Below are positions 57,144 to 64,000 of a stretch of DNA of 64,000 bases, one piece after another. The notes under the pieces were generated by a model. That model worked only from the letters and a program-made list of their open reading frames with translations. It searched no databases and was not told the DNA's origin. The stretch spans positions 1,888,001-1,952,000 of the forward strand of contig CP067995.1 of assembly GCA_045159875.1 (NCBI GenBank). Direction: 5' to 3'. Every line of letters begins with the position of its first letter. Positions within the stretch are counted from its first letter, which is position 1. Source of the stretch: a cyanobacterium endosymbiont of Rhopalodia gibba (GTDB lineage: Bacteria > Cyanobacteriota > Cyanobacteriia > Cyanobacteriales > Microcystaceae). The position numbers were made by a program, and so were the translations under genes.

Positions 57144-57794
57144 CTAACGCCCTAAATCATGCATTTTGTTAATAGCCATAGCACATTGTTGGGTAACGGC
57201 TGTTAATTCGGTACGTTTAACTGATTTAGGGGGATCGATTAAGGTTCCAATGCGCAGAGTAACAGGAACAGGAAGGGGAATACTAACTCCTTTGGGTAGA
57301 ATTTTATGGGTTCCCCATAAACAGACTGGAAGTAGAGGAAGTTGAGCTTTAGCAGCAATCATGGCTGCTCCCAATTTAGGTTCATGAATACGACCATCTG
57401 TTGTGCGAGTTCCTTCAAGGAAAATACCTACAATCCATCCTTCTTTGAGAGCATTCAAGGCGGCTCGAATTGCCCCGCGATCACCTAAACTACGTTTGAC
57501 AGGATAAGCTCCATATAACTTAATTCCCTCCTTGAGAAAGGGAATCTCAAATAACTCTTGTTTAGCCATATATGCTACAGGACGACCAACTCCACTGCCC
57601 AAAATAGGGGGATCAAAGTAACTAGCGTGGTTACTGACAATAATTAAAGGATTTTTTAGCGGAACGTTTTCAAGTCCATAAATCTTTCCTCGGAAATAAG
57701 TATAGAAAATTGGAGCAATAATAATTCCCTTAAATAAATAATAAAGAATTAAATTTTTAAGAGTTTCTCGTTCACGAAATTCACTGTTAGACAT
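57144..57794 (-). CDS. plsC: 1-acyl-sn-glycerol-3-phosphate acyltransferase
   Basis: NHASYFD (HX4D) and FLEGTRT motifs. Confidence 0.9.
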   Translation of the reverse strand: MSNSEFRERETLKNLILYYLFKGIIIAPIFYTYFRGKIYGLENVPLKNPLIIVSNHASYFDPPILGSGVGRPVAYMAKQELFEIPFLKEGIKLYGAYPVKRSLGDRGAIRAALNALKEGWIVGIFLEGTRTTDGRIHEPKLGAAMIAAKAQLPLLPVCLWGTHKILPKGVSIPLPVPVTLRIGTLIDPPKSVKRTELTAVTQQCAMAINKMHDLGR

Positions 57795-57922
57795 GGTGAT
57801 TACTTATCTTTTCCTAAATTTTTTCCCTCTAATCAAGCCGCCCTATATTTTCATCGGTTAGTTCCTCATTAGATAACGAGGGTGCAACATAACGTCCACA
57901 TGAGCGCAATTGGTGACTTGTC

Positions 57923-58420
57923 TTAAGTTCCTTTAGTTTTTAGAACCATTGCTGCTTGAGACTTAAGAGAAGAGCTAGAGAAATGTAATTTTTTGGCTAC
58001 TTCAGTTTTGAGTTTATCAATCACTTGTTGTTGTTCAACTAATTGAATATCCATCTCTTCCTTTTTTTTTCGTTGTGTGTAAAGCTTTTCAAATAGTTGT
58101 TTGTGTTCTTTCAATTCTGCCTGGTATTGATTCACTTTGTGAGTATCCAGCTTAAGAGTTGTGACCAATATTTTTTCTTGTTCTAAGCTCATTTGTAGAT
58201 CATTAATTTGTTGATTAGTTTTATCTAAAGTTTCGGTTAATTTCCTGATTTTAACTTCGAGTTCAGCTTTAGTCATGTGACTTAATCTAGAATTGATCGT
58301 GAATTGCGATGAGAGGAGAGTCTGAGAACTTTTTTCTTTAGTTCTATCGGAAGTATTTTCATGAGCATCTAAGAAAGCTTCTTTCCTTAAGAAATCAGAT
58401 AAGCTTTTTTTTGTCATCAT
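57923..58420 (-). CDS. Coiled-coil hypothetical protein translationally coupled to parA; probably frameshifted near its C-terminus
   Basis: ATG overlaps the parA stop codon; a plausible C-terminus (GRYVAPSLSNEELTDENIGRLD*) continues in another frame to about 57829. Confidence 0.5.
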   Translation of the reverse strand: MMTKKSLSDFLRKEAFLDAHENTSDRTKEKSSQTLLSSQFTINSRLSHMTKAELEVKIRKLTETLDKTNQQINDLQMSLEQEKILVTTLKLDTHKVNQYQAELKEHKQLFEKLYTQRKKKEEMDIQLVEQQQVIDKLKTEVAKKLHFSSSSLKSQAAMVLKTKGT

Positions 58421-59090
58421 TTACTCCAATTTCGTTGTAACTCTTCTGTTACCCTGCGATAATGTGCTTGAGCTTCTTTGGAGAGGGAAACCCGCCATTC
58501 TGTAATAGGAAGTTTTTCCAATGCCGCTCGTTTATAGGCTTTATACTGACGAATATAAAGTATAGCAAGTGGTAATTTTCAATTCTATGAGGATGTTTTG
58601 TGCCACTAAGGTTTCTTTAAGGCGACGGGAAGCTACCTTAGTGGCACAAAATCAGGTGAGCAGTTTTAGGCGGCACTACCATGGTGTGTACTGTCCCAAT
58701 TAAAGTCCTTAAATCCATCTAAGTTGGTGGGGTAGGCAAAATTCAATAATCAGCAGACATAATCACAGTTTTTATGGCTTCTGAACGCAATGCTGGAAGT
58801 GTATTCACAATAAAAAGTCTATAATTGCTGATTTAACAGATTTTTATTGATCATTTAGGATTATTTTCTTTCGTTAAATCAAAGTCCATACTTTCTTTGC
58901 CAGGTCCCGTCCACCCAGTGGCAGACTTCTGAGGCTCAGAATCTACTAACAAAACTTCTTATTTTTTTGCTAGAATAGCCGCCCAATTGACGGCTGTAGT
59001 AGTTTTATCTACGCCACCTTGACCGTTAACGACGGCGAGAATAATCGTTTTTGACAAAGACGATGCTAAGGAAGATTTTTTCTGGCTCAT
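58417..59090 (-). pseudogene. parA: ParA/Soj-family ATPase pseudogene
   Basis: ILAVVNGQGGVDKTTTAVN (decayed KGGVGKT), KK*EVLLVDSEPQ, LPTPPT*MDL and TKVASRRLKETLVAQN; stops and frameshifts. Confidence 0.88.
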
Positions 59091-60094
59091 AGTTCGTTTT
59101 TGCTACATAGATAATTCTTTTCACCATATCATGGGGGCTGACCTTTGCTCATTAATTGTCATCAAGCTAGATTGAATAATAGTGTCTCACTATTATTTAG
59201 AAAATCTTTCTCTTGGAAGATTCTTTAAGTGATCAATGCCCGCTCCATATCTAGCATGAGTAAGTGAATTTAAATAAATTTAAAAATAAAAAAGTAGTTA
59301 AAGAAGAGCGATCTTCTATATATCAGCCTGTCTAAAAATTAAGCTAACATAATTAGAAGGACAAACACTATACAAAGTTAACTAGACAATTGACTAGCGA
59401 CCTTAAAATTCTCTCCAAAACTAGAATAAGATTATAAATATAATATTTTAATTCAAGAGTATGAGAATTTAAAGAAATAGTAAAATAAGTGAATTTATTA
59501 CTAAAAATATTACTTAGAGAATAACCAAAAAATAATTTTTAGATAGACTATTCAACAAAAATACGAATTAAAAGAGTCTCCAAAAAGCAGAAAAAAATAG
59601 GGCAAAAAACCATAAAATATCTTGTTAAAAGATAAAAAAATGATCATAAATAATAATTATTATAAACTTTAAAAGCTAAAAAATCTAAATTAATTATCTA
59701 AAAAATATGTAATTTTTTTAAAAAAAGCTGTAAATTTAAAAAAATAAAATCTATTAATAGAATTAATCCGTACTAGAGTCAAAAAAATTGTAAAAAAAAA
59801 AATAAAAATTTTTGTTGTATATCCGTAGTTTAGTTAAAGTTAAATTGTTAAGATTTAAAGTAAAAAAAGGATATTAATTTACTTTATTTTGATAAAAAAC
59901 TATGCCAAAAAGGGAATGTAATTAAACAAAAATAATGAAATTATTGGAAGGATATCTAAAAATAAATATGATAACGTCTACACATTCTCTGGCTGTTTAA
60001 AATTTAGGAAACATTTGTTTAATTGAAGTTTTATAACTGATGATAAATTTTATTTAATTTTAGAGAGTAAGAAGAAAAAAAACTATAGTTATCC

Positions 60095-60140
60095 ATATTT
60101 TTACCATGTTTATAATGTTTTATAAACATGGTAAAAATAT
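60095..60140. repeat. Perfect hairpin, 21-bp arms with 4-nt loop
   Basis: atatttttaccatgtttataa-tgtt-ttataaacatggtaaaaatat. Confidence 0.93.
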
Positions 60141-60807
60141 TTACTGGTTATTATCAAAAAATTTCTATTATAATCCATTTTATTATTTAAACCGGTAAAA
60201 ATTTTTATCTTTTTTAAGTACTAATCTTAATAATTTTTCCTTTTATTTTTTGAGACTATAACCACATAAATATTTTTTCCATTTTATTACATAAAAAATT
60301 TATCTAGATATCCTCTTTTTATTAAAGTTTCTAGTTTTTTTATTTTCAAATGCAAAAAATATATACTATTTAGTAATATTATTTGCCTATAATTTAGGTT
60401 TTTATACGATAAATATTTTTAATTTTTATTTGTTTCTAGAATCACTATATTTTCCTTGTTTTATTATTTTTAAATTAAATATAACCGTATTACTGTATAT
60501 TTTTTATCTTAGCATTAAATTTAAAGCAATATAACTAGGTTAAAATAAACAATATCAATCTATTTAAACTCTTTTTCTTTGATTTTCATTAAAAGACATT
60601 AACACAATTAATAGCGCTAGCTTGACTATTTAATTACTTATTTTTTGAGTAAATATATTTTGCTTATTAGTGAATAAAAGCTATTAAAACTATTTCTTTT
60701 TAGACTTTATTAATAAATAGTTTTACTAAAAAAATATAAAAATACAAGTACAAAAATAAAGTTTTATTGCTACCAATAGATTTGCAAAGAATTACAATCA
60801 TAATATA

Positions 60808-61466
60808 GATAACTCATGATAACATAAGTATACAAACCGGTTAATTATACTTCTATCAGTTACTTAGTTAATTGTTCAATTTAAATTTTTAGTATTCTAA
60901 AATTACCAAATTAGCAAATTATTTTTAATAAACAGCTATTGATGAAGTTCAAATCAAAAGACTAAGATTATAAAAATAATTTTTTCCGTAAACTTCATTA
61001 TTTTTAAAATCTTTATTGCTTTATGAGCTGGTAAATTTTTAGTAAATTTTCCATAGAACCGTCTTCCTTCGGTTACTCAAGTACAATAACAAATCATGGT
61101 TAAATAAACTTTGATTTTCTCAATACTAACTAGGTCTTAAAGTTCAAGTTATTCCAATGTTATCAAATATTTTTGTCTCAGAAAAAGTGTTTGTTTTAGG
61201 TGAACCTGAATTTTTAGATCAGACGATACACGGTAAAAATATTAACTGTAATATCTATTTTTTATGTAAGTAAGTTCTTAGTTTTTGTAGAGTAGTACCG
61301 CTATTTTGTTATAGCAATTATTGTATAACATTAAGCTGTTCTATTTCAATTAAAAATACTTTTTTAAACTATCAAATAAGGCTTTACACTTTTTGCTACT
61401 TTACTTTATAACGTCTAAGGAGAAGACTGACAAAACTATAACTGAGTTGACGATTCACTGCTAGTT
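60808..61466 (-). mobile_element. Left arm of ~660-bp inverted repeat; degenerate IS630 remnant
   Basis: Reverse complement of 62807-63466; encodes SFVSLLLRRYK, VYLTM..EGRRFYGK, NLPAHKA and NWF...CY with stops. Confidence 0.88.
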
Positions 61467-61503
61467 AACGCCGATTTTTTTCTTAAAATACAGAAAGTTC
61501 AGA

Positions 61504-62385
61504 TCACATTTTTCCTAAAATAAACCTGGCCCACCAAAAAGGAATTAAAATTGCTAAAGCGACCCAATCCCATTGAATTAAGCGTAATTGATACCATTGA
61601 ACTCGGTGTTCATTAGGAGTTGTAAACCCTCTGACTTCCATAGCGACGGCAATCTCTTCAGCCCGCATCAGCAAATTTTCTAATAATTTTTCAACTACAA
61701 CTAGCCAGACCTGCAAAGCGCGCTTAATTCCTAATTTTTTCCAATTAATTGCCCTAGTCCGAATTGATCTGGCTAAATTTTGTAACTCTTCTAACACCAG
61801 GGGAATAAACCTTAACGAAAGAGTTAGAGTTAGCATAATTTCTGTAATGGGTAGTTTAAGATGACGCAAAGGTTCTAGTATATATTCTAGCCCAGTAGTA
61901 ATTTCTTCTGGAGCAGTAGTTAAAAGATAAAGGTTAGTGCTATAAATAAGGATAAAAATTAGGGTACTGATACGAATTCCTAACTCAACAGATCGACGGG
62001 TAATCAACCGCCCTTTATCAAATAAAACATAGTTATAACCAGTAGGCTGTGGTAAAGATAAGTCACCATCCAAGAGTCGAGGTTGAGTATTGACCGCTAA
62101 ACCATCAGGGGCAATTGCTGTAATTATAAATATGAGAATTGAGAGAATGATTAACCAGCCCATTTGTTGTCGCCAGACTCTTAGTGGAATCCGAGCAGCT
62201 ATGGTCAATAATATTAGAATTCCAACAACTCCAAGTTGCCAGAGAGGGTGAGCTAAAATTGGGGAAGCGAGAAAGGTCATTAACCAGACTAACTTCACTC
62301 TAGGATCGAGTTGATGTAACCAAGTGATAGGTTTTTCGAGATAGAGTCCGATGGGAAGTGATCGCAGTAAGTCCATAGTAAACAA
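61504..62385 (-). CDS. ecfT: ECF transporter transmembrane component T (CbiQ/EcfT family)
   Basis: LHQLDPRVKL, LSLRFIPLV, SIRTRA and AMEVRGF motifs. Confidence 0.88.
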   Translation of the reverse strand: MFTMDLLRSLPIGLYLEKPITWLHQLDPRVKLVWLMTFLASPILAHPLWQLGVVGILILLTIAARIPLRVWRQQMGWLIILSILIFIITAIAPDGLAVNTQPRLLDGDLSLPQPTGYNYVLFDKGRLITRRSVELGIRISTLIFILIYSTNLYLLTTAPEEITTGLEYILEPLRHLKLPITEIMLTLTLSLRFIPLVLEELQNLARSIRTRAINWKKLGIKRALQVWLVVVEKLLENLLMRAEEIAVAMEVRGFTTPNEHRVQWYQLRLIQWDWVALAILIPFWWARFILGKM

Positions 62386-62806
62386 TTTAGACTATTATCT
62401 TCAACCTCAAAAAAATAACAGTTAATGTAAATATGAACAAGGTAAATACGGACAAGGTTATTTTTTTCTATATGGACCCATTCTATCATAGCTGATTAAT
62501 TTCTTGAGTTATTTTTTAAAAAATTAGAGTACAGTATTAAATAATTAATTTTTTTAACTTAAGAGTTTTTACTAATTAGTGAGATCATAAGAATGTTTTT
62601 TATAAAATTATCTTTGTTGTCTAAATTGTTTAATGCTTCAGTTATAGTCTTAAGAGACTAGAGAATTTCTTCTTGTCAAAGATAAGTATATATCCAAGAG
62701 TCTTAACCTTTACCGGGAGACTTATTTATTAGTAAAGTTGTACTCCATAAATATTCCTATTAAAACTTAGATAAACTAACAGGTAAGACCAATCAATTAA
62801 CTTGAC

Positions 62807-63466
62807 AACTAGTAGTAAATTGTCAACTCAGTTATAGTTTTGTCAGTCTTCTCCTTAGACGTTATAAAGTAAAGTAGCAAAAAGTGTAAAGCCTTATTTG
62901 ATAGTTTAAAAAAGTATTTTTAATTGAAATAGAACAGCTTAATGTTATACAATAATTGCTATAACAAAATAGCGGTACTACTCTACAAAAACTAAGAACT
63001 TACTTACATAAAAAATAGATATTACAGTTAATATTTTTACCGTGTATCGTCTGATCTAAAAATTCAGGTTCACCTAAAACAAACACTTTTTCTGAGACAA
63101 AAATATTTGATAACATTGGAATAACTTGAACTTTAAGACCTAGTTAGTATTGAGAAAATCAAAGTTTATTTAACCATGATTTGTTATTGTACTTGAGTAA
63201 CCGAAGGAAGACGGTTCTATGGAAAATTTACTAAAAATTTACCAGCTCATAAAGCAATAAAGATTTTAAAAATAATGAAGTTTACGGAAAAAATTATTTT
63301 TATAATCTTAGTCTTTTGATTTGAACTTCATCAATAGCTGTTTATTAAAAATAATTTGCTAATTTGGTAATTTTAGAATACTAAAAATTTAAATTGAACA
63401 ATTAACTAAGTAACTGAATAAAAGCATAATTAACTGGTTTGTATACTTATGTTATCATGAGTTATC
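62807..63466 (+). mobile_element. Right arm of ~660-bp inverted repeat; degenerate IS630 remnant
   Basis: 62822-63417 matches the reverse complement of 60856-61451 in every segment compared; the edges show mismatches and an indel. Confidence 0.88.
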
Positions 63467-64000
63467 CAATTAAAAAAAGTTATAAATGTATACAATTAGC
63501 TTGGTTAAAATTAAATTAAAATAATAGGGGGGAAAAATAATATTTCTTTGTATAAAATTACAGTTCAGAAGTTTTCTTGATAGAAGGAACATGGCATCTA
63601 ATAAAAATTAGAAAATTGTCATAATCATATCTAAAAAAAGATCTAATTTAGCTAGGGTAGTTAAACAGAGAGTGGCATAAAAGTAGTATTTTTAAATATA
63701 TATTAAAGCAATATAAATTTTACTTTAATTCCTTCAATGTGAAGATACAATACAATTAAAGTTGTCGACATTTATTTAATGTCATTTACTCAAAGTTGAA
63801 GTTAATGCCGCCGATTAACTTTTCGCCATCTTTTATCGTCTTCCCCTTGTGAATTTTAAATTAACGGAAACTCTTTAACTATTCTATTAATAAATACAGC
63901 GAGATTTATCAACGAACTTTTTCGTCATTAATCAATAATCAATACTTTTCAGGCTTCTCTAGGGTAAGAAAGTTGCTGAAGCGAATGCCTTTCTCTGTGT

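Noticed and set aside
1..64000. CRISPR arrays, tRNA/rRNA genes, riboswitches and intact defence systems
   Set aside because: None recognised. The palindromes are unique and not regularly spaced, so they are not CRISPR repeats. Small RNAs could be missed without covariance-model searches.

Overview
This AT-rich cyanobacterial chromosome segment has low coding density: about 31 intact CDSs cover roughly half of the 64 kb, and the long spacers hold decayed genes and IS remnants. That profile suggests a reducing endosymbiont genome such as a diatom spheroid body/diazoplast (inference). Intact genes include argH (partial), malic enzyme, pntAB, modA, obgE, an SLH/OprB porin, gatA, a TldD protease, ftsY, cbiET, cobH, natF/natG-like ABC components, rsmH, kaiC, kaiA, a hybrid histidine kinase, plsC and ecfT. 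Pseudogenes readable by eye are a NUDIX hydrolase, GT2 and GT4 glycosyltransferases, an AtzE-type amidase, a sensor kinase, parA, and IS630 and ISL3 remnants. Four observations stand out. (1) kaiB has a nonsense codon at position 5 plus substitutions at conserved sites, while kaiA and kaiC are intact. (2) Many unrelated perfect or near-perfect palindromes occur; two coincide exactly with frameshifts in pseudogenes and one overwrites an IS reading frame, suggesting template-switch mutagenesis. (3) A ~660 bp inverted repeat made of two dead IS630 copies, with an apparently identical ~596 bp core, brackets ecfT. (4) HIP1 sites appear to be eroding mainly by C-to-T changes at the CG position. All counts and alignments were done by eye.
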